A stretch of 63,599 nt of DNA, counting the filler, from Atractiella rhizophila (Eukaryota), in the NCBI GenBank assembly GCA_021432655.1. It is 9 parts of 6 records of this genome, joined end to end, with 100 filler letters (N's around TTAATTAATTAA, not from the genome) between each part and the next. Parts side by side here need not be neighbours in the genome. Positions count along the whole stretch, not along the records: positions 1 to 12,939 come from MU271386.1; positions 13,040 to 19,122 come from MU271389.1; positions 19,223 to 26,896 come from MU271389.1; 6 more parts are not named here. The stretch is one strand, 5' to 3'. The notes beneath the pieces are model-generated. The model had not been told where the DNA came from, ran no database searches, and saw nothing but the letters and a program-made list of their open reading frames with translations. Positions 12,865-25,315 of the stretch are shown here, one piece after another. Positions within the stretch are counted from its first letter, which is position 1. Each line of letters starts with the position of its first letter. The position numbers were made by a program, and so were the translations under genes.

Positions 12865-12939
12865 CCAAATCCCTGACTACCTATTCACCCATTCCTCAAA
12901 GTCCAGGACACCTCAAAAACGTGACTCTATGTTTCAGGT

Positions 12940-13039
12940 NNNNNNNNNNNNNNNNNNNNNNNNNNNNNNNNNNNNNNNNNNNNTTAATTAATTAANNNNN
13001 NNNNNNNNNNNNNNNNNNNNNNNNNNNNNNNNNNNNNNN
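12940..13039. other. Artificial contig spacer N44-TTAATTAATTAA-N44 (also at 19167, 26941, 33053, 35976, 52991, 59434, 61464)
   Basis: An identical 12-mer with stops in all six frames is embedded in fixed-length N runs. Confidence 0.97.
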
Positions 13040-13703
13040 ATTACAGACATCAACAACTTACAACACGTTCACCACACTCTCACTACCCGTTCCTAACTCT
13101 AAACTGTCCAAAGTCACGCTGACACAGTGCCTGGACCTGTTTGTGAAGGAGGAGATCATGGAGAAGGGTGATGCATGGTGGGATATATTTTGTCTTGCCG
13201 TCTCTTTCTAACCCGTCGAGAAGGAACTGTCCAAAGTGCGAGACGCAACGGAAAGCAACGAAACACCTTACTCTTTCGAAACTTCCTGAAGTTCTGGTCA
13301 TTCACCTCAAGCGATTCTCTTTCAAAGGGCCGTTTACGGACAAGCTCGAAACACAGGTGCATTATCCACTCCAGGATCTCGACATGACGCCGTACCTGCC
13401 ACCTACACCGACGCTGAACGAGTGCTCCGTTTGGAATCTGCCCCCAGAGTGTGCTAAGCCACAAAGCTTGCACTACGACCTCTTTGGAGTCATAAATCAC
13501 TTTGGCAATCTCTCCAATGGTCATTACACTGCCTACGTCAAGAGCAGGCAGGATTGGTACAATATGGATGATAGCCGAGTGATCCCATTCGATGCAGACA
13601 AAGTTCAGGTGCGTTCTCTTCTTCGTCTTCCCATGTTAACTTCAATAACGCAATCGAACCGTAGGCTCGTTCTGCTTATATCTTGTTCTACCGTCGGCGA
13701 TGA
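13040..13703 (+). CDS. Ubiquitin C-terminal hydrolase (peptidase C19, Doa4/USP8-like), 3' part
   Basis: CPKC zinc motif, LPEVLVIHLKRF, His box YDLFGVINHFGNLSNGHYTAY, WYNMDDSRV, and last exon SAYILFYRRR*. Confidence 0.9.
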
Positions 13704-14116
13704 TAGGAGCGAACTCTTTCGTCGTTGTAACTTGATACACGGCTGAAGTACAAAAATTGTGACCGCTCTGTACAACATGGATGTAGTTTTTTTGCGCTGC
13801 TCAAGCCTAACGAGCTGCTTTGTGCCTCACCACAAGACCGACACTGTATTACAACTGCTTTTCTTCCTTTAGATGGATCATCCGTTTACGTGTCTGCGTT
13901 GATTTGAGTGTTTCGGCATATATACCTCTGGTATTAGTATTGAAGATGGCGGTAGCATATTACTATTTTCGTGCGATGTGCGAACCGTTAAACAAGAATC
14001 ATCTGGGATCCAACATAAATCAGCAAGATCTAAGAGACAATAATTCACAACATAATAGAACAATGTGGCAAAGAGGGCAGCATGAGGAAAAGGAGGAAAT
14101 GAAGGCCATACGTCGA

Positions 14117-16190
14117 CTATCCACTCTTTTCGGTCGCCTTCTTGACAAGCGCCCTCACTCGCTCGCTTGCAGACACTGTCCCTGAAACGCTCCTTTTCTC
14201 CTTCTCCTTCTCCTTCTCCTTATCCTTCTCAGTTTTCAGAGATATTGATGTTGAGGCAGATCGCCCAACGGTGGAAGTTTTCCTAGCTCTCGTCTCAGTC
14301 GCGTTCTTCTCCTCTCCAGCCTTCTTGGGAACAGTCGACGACGACACAGTTGCTGCACGGGCATGAGTGGAGTCCTTTCGGCTTCTCGTTCCCTCCTTTG
14401 CTTTCTCAGGGGCCGCTGCTGACGTAGTAGAAGTAGAAACCTTCATCGAGCTGCTCCTTTTCAAGCCTCCAATCTTACTCGCACCATTCGCCGTCTCCTT
14501 CTCGCGAACAGAAACCCCAGGGCCGACACTGACCTTCCTCGATCTTATTGGATTGGTGACCTCTCTCGTCGGCGGCGCTGACGTGCTATTGCTCCGCTTG
14601 CGCATCTGGAGTCCCTTCCTCTCTTCCCCAGAAGACAGCACCAGAGGTTTGGTAGGGCCCTTGTCTAAAGGCTTCGAGAGTTTCTCCGCAGGAGCGACAG
14701 GGGAGGTAGACTTTCGTACCGGAGGAGGGGACGTGGCTGCTGATGTGGAACCGACACGACGAGATTGGACAACGGTAGTTGTGTGTGTGGAGGAGGCGGA
14801 AGGTTTCGAAGTGATGGTCGGACGGCGCACCTTTTCCTTTTCCTTTTCCTTTTCTTTCTCCTTGACCTTCTCCTTCGCCTTCTCTTTCGTAGGGATCGGC
14901 TCTGGAGAGTCGGGTAGTGTCGGGACGTCCTGAGAATCGGTAGCCATCGCGAGGATATTCTTCAATCGACTGTTCGTCGTCTTCGGCACAGCAATCGGCG
15001 GAGGGCTCTTTGCCCTTTTCGCGATGAGGGGAGAAGCGATAGAGACCCTCCTTGAGGGCTTCGTTCCCTCCTCGGCCGGTGCTGGAGCTTTGGCGGAAAG
15101 AGGAGTCTCGGGTAGATCGGAGAGCATGAGCTGCACTTGCAACTTTCGTCGTTCTTCATAAAAGGCTATCCGCTCAGCCTGTGCCGCGGTCACAATCATT
15201 TTGGTCTGTCCATTCGAATACTCGAGAGAAGGAACGAACCTCGAACTCGCCCCTCTCCTTTCCTAACCGGACCGCCGCTTCGGTAAACTTCTGCCTCTCC
15301 TCCTCAAGCAATCTACGTTGTCGAACCATCTCATCCTCGATTCCGTCACTGAATACATCACATTTCAGTCCACATAGTCATAACGAGGGAGCGGGAAGAA
15401 CATACGTCGTCTCGTCTCCTAGGTCGTGGTCTTTCCCATTCGGCAGTCCATTAGCGAGTGCGGGATGTCCGTGTAGCGATTCAGCGCTGATAAACGCTTC
15501 TACCATCTCGTTCGCCTTCTCCAACTGGTCTTTGTTGTCCTCTGCGCATCACATACAGTAAAATTAGAAAGCTGTTGCTTATACAGAATGATTGTGTGCC
15601 TGTCAGAGTCAAAGATGGCAATGAATGTTGACCTCATTCATTCCTCCAAAGAGGAATTCAGTTCAGGTCTGTGAGTTTCTCATCAACCAAGCACGCAGAT
15701 GCCGTGGCAGCATCCTGCAGAGTGGAAGATAAGAAGACGAGAAAACAACTTACGGAGTTCAGCCTCCAACTCTTCCCTCCGCACCTCCCACTCCTTCTCC
15801 TTCTCCCCGAAGCCGGATTCCAACACCTTGAACTTTTCCTTCTTCTCCCTCAAAATTTCCACGACCAGTTCCCTCAGATGGAAGAGTTCTTGATGGACCT
15901 TCATCGCGACCGTTTCCGCTGGCAGACTCTCAATCTATCCATATCCATATCCACATCCACATCCATCAACATCAACGTATCAACGTGTCAAAACGGAATC
16001 AAAAGCAAAGAAGAACGAAAAAAGAGAAGAGAGGGACATACATCTTCGGTATCCGGATCCAAAAGCAGATCCTCAATCTCGAAATCCCCCCTCCTCACAC
16101 TCACGCTCCAATCTCTCACCTCCTTCAACAAGTTCCTCAAGTTCGAATTCTCCATTCTCTCCCTCGCCGCTCGAGCCTCCGCGTCCCTCA
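14117..16190 (-). CDS. Hypothetical coiled-coil protein with a long low-complexity C-terminus (5' end in the gap)
   Basis: Spliced E/K/R-rich exons (15683-15904 and about 16040-16190) plus a 360-aa S/K/P-rich last exon with KEKE repeats. Confidence 0.6.
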
Positions 16191-17186
16191 NNNNNNNNNN
16201 NNNNNNNNNNNNNNNNNNNNNNNNNNNNNNNNNNNNNNNNNNNNNNNNNNNNNNNNNNNNNNNNNNNNNNNNNNNNNNNNNNNNNNNNNNNNNNNNNNNN
16301 NNNNNNNNNNNNNNNNNNNNNNNNNNNNNNNNNNNNNNNNNNNNNNNNNNNNNNNNNNNNNNNNNNNNNNNNNNNNNNNNNNNNNNNNNNNNNNNNNNNN
16401 NNNNNNNNNNNNNNNNNNNNNNNNNNNNNNNNNNNNNNNNNNNNNNNNNNNNNNNNNNNNNNNNNNNNNNNNNNNNNNNNNNNNNNNNNNNNNNNNNNNN
16501 NNNNNNNNNNNNNNNNNNNNNNNNNNNNNNNNNNNNNNNNNNNNNNNNNNNNNNNNNNNNNNNNNNNNNNNNNNNNNNNNNNNNNNNNNNNNNNNNNNNN
16601 NNNNNNNNNNNNNNNNNNNNNNNNNNNNNNNNNNNNNNNNNNNNNNNNNNNNNNNNNNNNNNNNNNNNNNNNNNNNNNNNNNNNNNNNNNNNNNNNNNNN
16701 NNNNNNNNNNNNNNNNNNNNNNNNNNNNNNNNNNNNNNNNNNNNNNNNNNNNNNNNNNNNNNNNNNNNNNNNNNNNNNNNNNNNNNNNNNNNNNNNNNNN
16801 NNNNNNNNNNNNNNNNNNNNNNNNNNNNNNNNNNNNNNNNNNNNNNNNNNNNNNNNNNNNNNNNNNNNNNNNNNNNNNNNNNNNNNNNNNNNNNNNNNNN
16901 NNNNNNNNNNNNNNNNNNNNNNNNNNNNNNNNNNNNNNNNNNNNNNNNNNNNNNNNNNNNNNNNNNNNNNNNNNNNNNNNNNNNNNNNNNNNNNNNNNNN
17001 NNNNNNNNNNNNNNNNNNNNNNNNNNNNNNNNNNNNNNNNNNNNNNNNNNNNNNNNNNNNNNNNNNNNNNNNNNNNNNNNNNNNNNNNNNNNNNNNNNNN
17101 NNNNNNNNNNNNNNNNNNNNNNNNNNNNNNNNNNNNNNNNNNNNNNNNNNNNNNNNNNNNNNNNNNNNNNNNNNNCCGACACAGCA

Positions 17187-17814
17187 ATGCCCCGCGTCAA
17201 GTTCCCCCGTCCGCACCCCGCCTCCTTCAAGCAGCACTCCTCCAACAACACCCACTCCCGCATCCTCCACCTCCGTCGACACGAGAACACCATCCTCTCC
17301 TCCTGGCAAGGAGGTTCCAAACCGCGCAAGATCGCCCCCTCTCCTCCTCCGGAGCTCAAGCTCGCCTCGGAGCCCTTTGCGAGGTTCACGTCCCAGCGGA
17401 GGTTGGAGGAGAGTCCGAGGCTGGAGAAGGCGAGGGAGGCGTTGGTTGAGAAGTGGAGCAAGAATGGTGGACTGTTTTTGAACCCTAGCCATCAGCCAAA
17501 GGGCGGTGTGCAGTGGGGGTATAGTGTGGGGAGGATAGAGAATAGTGGAATGTTGCCCGTCTATTCTGATAGGAGGAGGATTGATAATAAGAAGTTTACC
17601 TTGATTCGAAAAATCCAGGGATCGCCCTTTGTTCGTTTTCCTTTGCCAGCCCACTAACAAAGCTGATATATTTGTGCGACAGAAAATGCTTTACGACCTA
17701 CGCGCTTCTTTTCCTGACTGGACAGTCCGTCTAAAAGAGCCCAGCATGATCATCAAAATCGAAGGGAAGAGGGTGGATGAGGTCAAGAAGTGGCTGGAGG
17801 AGAAAGGCTTCTAA
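17187..17814 (+). CDS. IMG2: Mitochondrial large-subunit ribosomal protein mL49
   Basis: YSVGRIENSGMLPVYSDRR...TLIRKIQG, then an intron, then IIKIEGKRVDEVKKWLEEKGF*, typical of the L49/Img2 family. Confidence 0.8.
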
Positions 17815-18126
17815 CTTTTCTCCTGTGCGACATCTTCTACAACTTCTCGTGGAAGAGTGCATAGCTGAACTATGGAATGCAGCTATTCGGACCGTTCCTT
17901 GATGGCAGTACTTTGGTAAAGGATTATCATCTTCGTAATTTCATGTCATACCAACGCTTAATCCAGTGTGTTCTCCATAATCCGGCACATTAAATACCTC
18001 ATGAGTAGCAGAACTCATTCGAGAGTCCCTGCAGAATGAATGCCACTTCGTGAAAAACATGGAAATAGAGCCCAATCTAAGGTCTATATTGATCTGTTAA
18101 TCTACACATCTGCAACTTCAGCTGCA

Positions 18127-19106
18127 CTATTTGCCAGTGAACTGATATCCACCCAGCCTCGCTTTCGCGACAAGGTCGAGTCTCGCCAATTCCGTTCCAT
18201 CCTGCACCAAGCCAGCAAACACCTTATCCCCTGCCTTCACCGGTCCAACTCCAGCCGGCGTACCTTTCCCAGCACACCAAGTTAATCTCATCTCCTTGCG
18301 CTGAGCAAGAGTACAACATACCAGTGAGGATGAGGTCGCCCTCTTCCAACGTCATGATCCCGCTCACATGATGGATGAGTTCCGGGATCTTCCACAACAT
18401 CAAATTCGTCTTCTCCCTCTGTCTCATCTCCTCATTCACCTTCAACCAAAGCTGAAGGTCGTACGGATCCTTCACCTCGTCCCTAGGGATGAAACGGGAG
18501 ATCGGACAGAAGCTGTCGAACCCCTTCGACGTCGTCCAAGGCAGCCCTTTCCCTTTCACGTGGTTCTGGATGTTCCGTGCGGTCACGTCGATCGCTAGAG
18601 TGTACCCTGCGACGAAGGAGAATGCTTCGGAGACTGGAATGTCACGTCCCAGCTTGGAGATGACGACCCCGAGCTCGACTGTATCAATGCAAAAAAAGTC
18701 AAAATTACAGAAGTAGGAAGCGTGCGAAGGATAGGACAACGTACCTTCGTGGTGCACGTCCACACCTCGAGGTATCTCAATCACTTGCTTTTGCTCTGGT
18801 GTGACGTAGGAAGTTGTGGGTTTGAGGAAGAAGAAGGGTTCCGGAGGAGTGGTGTTGTTCAACTCTTTGATGTGTTCGGCATAGTTCCTTCACACCCAAC
18901 AATCCAACAATGCAACATTGTATCAGAGATCAATGTTCAGGTATTCAGGTGTTGTTCATCGTGGACAGGAGAGGGGAGGTGAGGTTTGGGAGGAAAGACA
19001 CACCTCCCTATCGCTACAATCTGCAGAAACGTTGAGGAAAGAGCGCGAGGGGGAGGAAGAATCGTACCTTTTTTCCGTGAGTTGCAAACCGTGAAGCAAT
19101 AGACAT
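18127..19106 (-). CDS. Fumarylacetoacetate hydrolase family protein (FAHD1/Fmp41-like)
   Basis: MSIASRFATHGKK/IVAIGR, PFFFLKPTTSY, VHHE/VELGVVI, GYTLAIDVTARNIQ, KGFDSFCP and TLEEGDLILTG/TPAGVG. Confidence 0.9.
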
Positions 19107-19632
19107 GATGGAGCGACACGTANNNNNNNNNNNNNNNNNNNNNNNNNNNNNNNNNNNNNNNNNNNNTTAATTAATTAANNNNNNNNNNNNNNNNNNNNNN
19201 NNNNNNNNNNNNNNNNNNNNNNCTACCAACACCAACCCTACATTTCACCGGCCTGTCTTATTTCCGTAGAGGTTTTGAGGGCTATGTGGAGTTTTAAAAG
19301 TCGGGAGTACAGGAGTTGGATTGGGAGCAGCTGGAAGGAGCTTTCCATCCAGACCACTGGTTATTGTTCAAAGGAAAGCCGCCACTTTTATCACTGAGAA
19401 AAAAGGCAGCCTTTTCTTTTATGAGCGAAGACTGTATATTAATGAATGGAAGGAAATAGATATTGGGGAGGCAGATGAGTTCTCATTTCGAAGAAGAGCT
19501 GATGTCTTCCATGCCGCCACCTCTGCTGGAAATAACGTTGTGAATTTTGAAATCAGGCCATTAAGGGACCAAGATAGTTTAAACAGACCAGGGAAAGAGC
19601 CCATTGCTGATGAGGAAGGAAAGATGGACGTA

Positions 19633-20181
19633 CCGCGTAAAGTCTCGCTCTCAATCTCCTTTCTGATGTCGTCAAAGCTCTCAAACCTCTTATCTACATG
19701 CAAAAACTCTCCATGCTCTCCTTTTGGGGGTTCTACGTGAATGAGTTGAAGCACGAGCGGACGACGAGTGACTATTCCAGCGCCTCTCGGGAGGAAGTCG
19801 CGTCCTACGACCTGTTTCCATCCACCGTCAAGCTCAGCTCAAAACAAAGGCAACCAATGATAATTGGTTGGAAAGAGGAAGGAGTACAGTTTCGAGGACG
19901 GAGGATTTGCCGCTTGACTGGGAGCCGACGACAACGATTTGGGGAAGGTCGACGGTCTCTCCTCCTGAGCACCAGTGGTCACGTCAAACCGGGTGTTGTA
20001 ACTTGACGCAGAAAGAGCGAGGAGCATACCGATGGTCGAGAATGCTATAGCGACACACACCACCCAACAGCACAGTCAACGTCCATCCACAAGAGTGTGA
20101 CACTGTGATACAGATAAACAGCTGTGAAACTGACGTACTCTCTTGCAAGCGGTTGACTATCTGAATCAGGTCCCCGTCCAT
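19633..20181 (-). CDS. DNM1: Dynamin-related GTPase, 5' exons only
   Basis: [13 protein letters not shown]...[46 protein letters not shown]...[11 protein letters not shown]. Confidence 0.8.
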
Positions 20182-20591
20182 CGTTTAGCGGCTTTTGGTT
20201 TGCCACTCGGTCTCACTTGTTTCACGCTTTCACGTTTTGAAGAAGGTCGCTGTGGCCAGCGGCGGAGGAGAAAAGTCGGGTGGTGTGGTGGTGTGAATTC
20301 GCGTGCGTAGTGAGGGACGCGCGGGCGTACGTACGGCAACTGTTGACTCCGGCGAACGATAAACTTGGATTTTCGACCGACTGGAACAGAGTGGCTCAAG
20401 GTTGGCGAATAAGGAAGAAGAAGGATACGAAGGATACGAAGCAGTTCATAAGAAGCGTCATTAATAGAGGCAGTGTTTCAAGCTGCACGAAGGGATGGCT
20501 GGTGAGCACGCCGATATTAAACGCGCGACGAGCTAAGGCTATTCTAGAAGACTAGCATTGCATTTCCATTCGCTCTTATAAAGCCTATAAA

Positions 20592-23500
20592 ATGTCTTTT
20601 CCGCTGGGATACGCCCTCATCTCCCCTCAGGAGCTCCAGCGACAGAAGGAGAGGCACAGGCATCGACAGTCACATCCAGCCACACACGCCATACCATCAG
20701 CCACCTCCCTCCAGACCACACTCCATCCATCCCTTCCCATTCAGCAACACCGCGACGAGGTGCCTTCCCTACTCCGGACACAGCGCAAGTCTCGCTCCGA
20801 ACGTCCATCCACAGCGCCATCGGGCCAGAGGTCACTCTCAGTCGGCGCTTCATCGTCCAGACGAAAGTCTTCAGGCGCCGCAATAGCCTTGACAGGCATG
20901 GCGCCTCCTCCCTCCACCTCCTCCACTCCTTCCCGCATGTCCTCTCCAGCGCTCGCCAAATCCAAATCCCACCAACTCCCAATTGGAACACTAACGGCCA
21001 CGGTCGACGGAGACCGGGATGGAGACTTCTCCCTCGAATCCTCCCTCCAAGATCTTGGACTGTTCTCCCTCAAAAGCGGACGAGCAGCGTCGTCTTCCCT
21101 CGACCTCTCCCTCGCCGACCGTGAGGGTTTGGGTTATGGACCTGGGATGGGGTTGGGAATTGCGGTCAGCAACGGAGCGCTGGGAGTCATGCAGGTCCAT
21201 CCTCCCTCTTCGGGTCATGGCGGTCGGAGTCTGAGCACAGGGGTGGGAGAGAGAGAGAAGAAAAAGGCGGGGAAGGATAAGGAGCTCGATGACTTGCTCG
21301 GCTTTTCTATGAACAGCACAAAACCTTTGGATGCACCTGCTGGCAGCAGTGGGACTGGGATGAATGGGAAGCCGAGGGACAGGGACAGGGAGAGAGTGGG
21401 AGGAGGATTGGCAGGCGACGGACCCTCCTCTTCGACAACGACTTTGACATCAACGACACCCTCGAAACGCTTCCCTTCGTCTGCTTCCACATCCTCTTTC
21501 CTGTCATCCATCCCTACAAGTCCTCCACCACTCCCTCCAGCCCCCATCCTCACCACCAACATCTCCACGACCAGCAATGGCAACCCTTCAACGCCTCACA
21601 AACGCTCCTCAAAGTTCCTCTCTTCCCCACCTCCCTCTTCCTCTCCCATCGGCATCCCCGTCCCCGTCCCACCAATGCCTGCCATGCCCCCTCCTCCCTT
21701 ACTAGGTCCAATAACAGTCACCACAACCACATCCACAACAACAACAGCACCAACAGGTACAGGCGCAGGCACTCCCACAACGCTCACCGCCGAACTCTAC
21801 CCCTCCTCGAACGCACACCACTCCTCGCTCATGAACCGGTCCTCGATGTCGATCGACCACCGGTCCTTCCATCCCCCAGACACGGTGCTCGTCGATCGGA
21901 AGAGCGGGACGGGAGCGAGGGCGAGCGTGATGCACCATGAGTATGAGCAGTTGAAGGTCCCCTTGCCCGTTCAGGTCACTGGCGGTGTAGGAGCGGAGGA
22001 TGTGGAGGAGAGGAGGAGACGGGAGAAAGCGAAACAGAGGGAGAGATGGAGGGGGGTGACTGAGGAGAGGGTTAGGCCTGTCGGTCTCGCCAAGTGTGCG
22101 TTTCGCCTCCCTTTCCTTGTGTTAACGCCTTTTAATGACACAGTGATGATGTTGTGTGAANNNGCCTTTTAATGACACAGTGATGATGTTGTGTGAAACA
22201 GTGTACGATCCCAAGGTGGAGCTGACACCAGAGGAGAGGGAAGTCTTTCAAGACCTTCGATGGTTCCGGACTAGTTTGAGGAGCGACAACAGACAGGAGC
22301 TGCAACATCCCTACTCGCCACACAGACGTACCCTACTGGTGGGGATACAGCAATACGATCCCAGACCGCGACGCGCTCCTTCTCTCCGTCCGATTCGACG
22401 CCATGGGTTCCCTGTGTTACTCCTTCCTCAACCTCCCACCCGACCCATCTGCCGCCTCGAGCCCACTCACCGCAAAAATGCCTCGAGCCCCCATCCCCAA
22501 ATCCGTCCTCGACCTAGGTAGTGGTACGGGGATGTGGTGCATAGAGATGGCCCAAGGAGAAGGATGGGAAGAAACCGGATTCGTAGGTCTGGATATCGCG
22601 CCTTCCCTTCCCACCTCCCTCTTACCTTCCAACGTGAGGAACCGGATAGAGTTCGTTCAGGCAAACTATTTGGAACCGTTACCCTTTGGAGACGAGAGCT
22701 TTGACTTTGTTCACCTCTCCAATGGAATGCAGGCCATACCTGAGAATCGGTGGCAGGACGTCCTGGAGGAGATTTGCAGGGTCCTCAAGCCCGGTGGGAC
22801 GTTTGAGATCTGGGAAATGAACCAGAATTCGATACAACAGGACCAGAACGCGCCGGGCGCTCCTGGTTCCAGGGCGGGAAGCGATGCTGGTTCGACGACT
22901 GGAAGCGTTGGGGGAGACGACGTCAAGCATGGAGACGTGGAGGGCGGAAGGGCGAAAGGGATGTTCGAGACCGGTCAAGACTATGATTGGCATAGGAGAG
23001 GAAGTCATGAGGAAGAGATTCCTCAATAGACATCCGCTCAGTCTCATACCGACCCTCTTGCCCCTCTTTTTCAAAGATATTCGATCCACAGGAATGATCC
23101 CTTTCCCCGTACCGAGTCGTGCGATGCCAAGGGAGGCTTTCAAAGAATATTCGATAAAGCATGACATGAGAGAGATGAATTTGAGACTCTCGAGCATCCA
23201 GTCGAAGCAGGGGAAAGGGTATGATGTTGTGGATTGGGAAAATGCTATGAGCGAGAGGATATACAGTCATCATTATTCCGAGCTCTTCCTCTCCATCGCC
23301 AACGTATGTCCATCCCTTCCTCTTTTCGTTATCGATATACCTCTTACTGACTCGATGATTGTTGAATCTGGAACAGTCGGCGATGAATGAGATGCACACA
23401 CTCTCACCAAAAGTCCAATCCCATCTCCCAGACCGTCATCGCTTCAAAAACGACCTCGGCGCACTCTTCACAGCTTGGAAAGTGAACAGCGGGATGCCCC

Positions 23501-23793
23501 TGATGCTATCCGAGCGATTCGATTGGGACTGCGAAATGGACCGACAGACCCACGCCCAGCTTGAAAGGGAGGTTCCGTTGATGAAGGAGCATTTGAAGAC
23601 GCTCGAAGACGAGGAGTGGGGAGGTCTCCCGGTCGGTGGTAGTGGCAGTAGGATGCAGGTCTCGAAGTGGACGAGGGATGCGGAGGCTGAATTGGACGCG
23701 GTTAGGAAGAGGATAGAAGGCGGTGGGGGTGGTAATAAAGGGGCGGGAACGACCTTAGAGATGGCTGGCTTCACAGCTCGGAAGGCTCTGTAG
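20592..23793 (+). CDS. Class I SAM-dependent methyltransferase domain protein with a long S/P/T-rich N-terminus
   Basis: SVLDLGSGTGMWC (motif I), FVGLDIAP, LPFGDESFDFVH and EICRVLKPGG. Multi-exon. Confidence 0.8.
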
Positions 23794-24379
23794 AGCCAAA
23801 TTTTCAAAAATCTTCTCGGCGGAGAAGGAAGGGAAGGAAGGCAACGTTTCCTGTTCCTGAATCAGGAAGCGAGGATGATCGGTTTCTTTTGCATATCTTG
23901 GCGAATCATTAGGGCACCCGTGCTTCGCACTGTTCACTTTCAGTTGGAAGAGTTGACCTGATTTTTAGATACCTTTCAAGTTGGAGCACTGCGTTTATTC
24001 GTTTATGCCTAACGTTAAAGAGCAGTGGATCTGTCGTGTCATACCTCATCAGTACCATATGTCCCTAAATGTGTATCGTATACCAAATAGCAACTTCAGT
24101 CAGTCCAAACTTCTATGTTTCATCACCGCATCAGACTTGATGCAAGCTCATTTAACACCAAGAATGATTCAAAGAGAACATCTTGTTTGTAGTGAGTAGC
24201 GCACCTCTTGCTCTTGTCTTGCAATGGCATGATACATGGACTAAAGAGCATCACAAAAGACGTCACGTGAATGTTTTTAGTAGAAGGCTCGAAAGATAAT
24301 CCGACCGGGCGGCTTTTTTATTTTTCTTCAGCATCCTCCTTTGCGAATCTCTTCTTCCTTCCCCTCCTCAGTTTCAGCA

Positions 24380-24966
24380 ATGGCACCCAAGAAGGTATGA
24401 ACTCGGAGTTGGATTGCGGGGATGACTTATTCATGGAGGGTCTGGGGTTCAGGTAAAAAAGTCGACGGAGAACATCAACTCCAAGCTTGCGTTGGTGGTC
24501 AAGAGTGGAAAGTATTCGCTGGGGTATAAGTCGACGCTGAAGCACATGAGGAGCGGAAAAGGTCCGTAGATTCTCATTAGGGAAGCGGGATAGTCGAGTA
24601 ACCAGTACCACACTCCGAATATGCAGCCAAGCTTGTTCTCATCGCTGGAAACTGCCCACCCCTGAGGCGATCAGAACTTGAGTATTACGCTATGCTTTCA
24701 AAAACCCCTGTCCACCTCTTCGCCGGTTCGTGCTCTCTAATCTTGCACCCGCATCACTCGCATTTGCTGATCGGTTCGGGTTGATGTCGTTGCAGGTGCC
24801 AATGTTGCCCTCGGTACGGCGGCAGGAAAGCTTTTCCGTGTAGGAGTTATGACAGTGACGGATCCTGGAGACTCTGAGTACGCTTTTCCTCTCCCTCTCG
24901 TCACGCCCTACATTTATTGATGGACTTCGGACGTGTTCTAGCCTTCTCAGCGTCTCGACTCAGTGA
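24380..24966 (+). CDS. RPL30: 60S ribosomal protein eL30 (5 exons)
   Basis: MAPKK/..[57 protein letters not shown]...[21 protein letters not shown]. Confidence 0.95.
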
Positions 24967-25315
24967 TCGGTTTCGGCATTCCCTCATGTTCATTGTCATC
25001 CCTGTTTTATGCATCATGCAATTAGGTCATTCCAAAAGCAGCTGGACTAGGACTAGAGTGTTATCTGTGCCTCTCATCTCTGAGCCAAGAAAGCAGTTGG
25101 GACGGAGTCCACCATGGGAGCTTTCCAACTTTGGGCTTTAGCATCCATATCATGATATTTTCATCCCTTATATCAATTCTCTCCTCACTGTTTGCTCGCA
25201 CCCGAACATGCTAGAAAGGGAAAGGCTGGAAAGGAGGGAAAGGTAGCAGCTAAGATTTCGAACTAAACCACTATCCGGCCGAACGGATGAGGCTTTGCCA
25301 AATAAATAAATTTCG

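Noticed and set aside
12984..12995. Recurring palindrome TTAATTAATTAA (8 occurrences)
   Set aside because: It always lies inside fixed N44 flanks, so it is an assembly spacer. Gene neighbourhoods across these spacers are not fully reliable.
15671..17660. Long ORFs of 400-590 aa in the track (also 37417-38700 and 37501-38580)
   Set aside because: Their length comes from reading through N gaps.
22127..22197. 34-bp direct repeat around NNN in the methyltransferase gene
   Set aside because: Contig overlap at a scaffold gap.
24377..24417. Possible RPL30 autoregulatory kink-turn across exon 1/intron 1 (GCAAT/ATTGC, CCAA/TTGG)
   Set aside because: The pairings are short and I could not build a canonical kink-turn with tandem G-A pairs.
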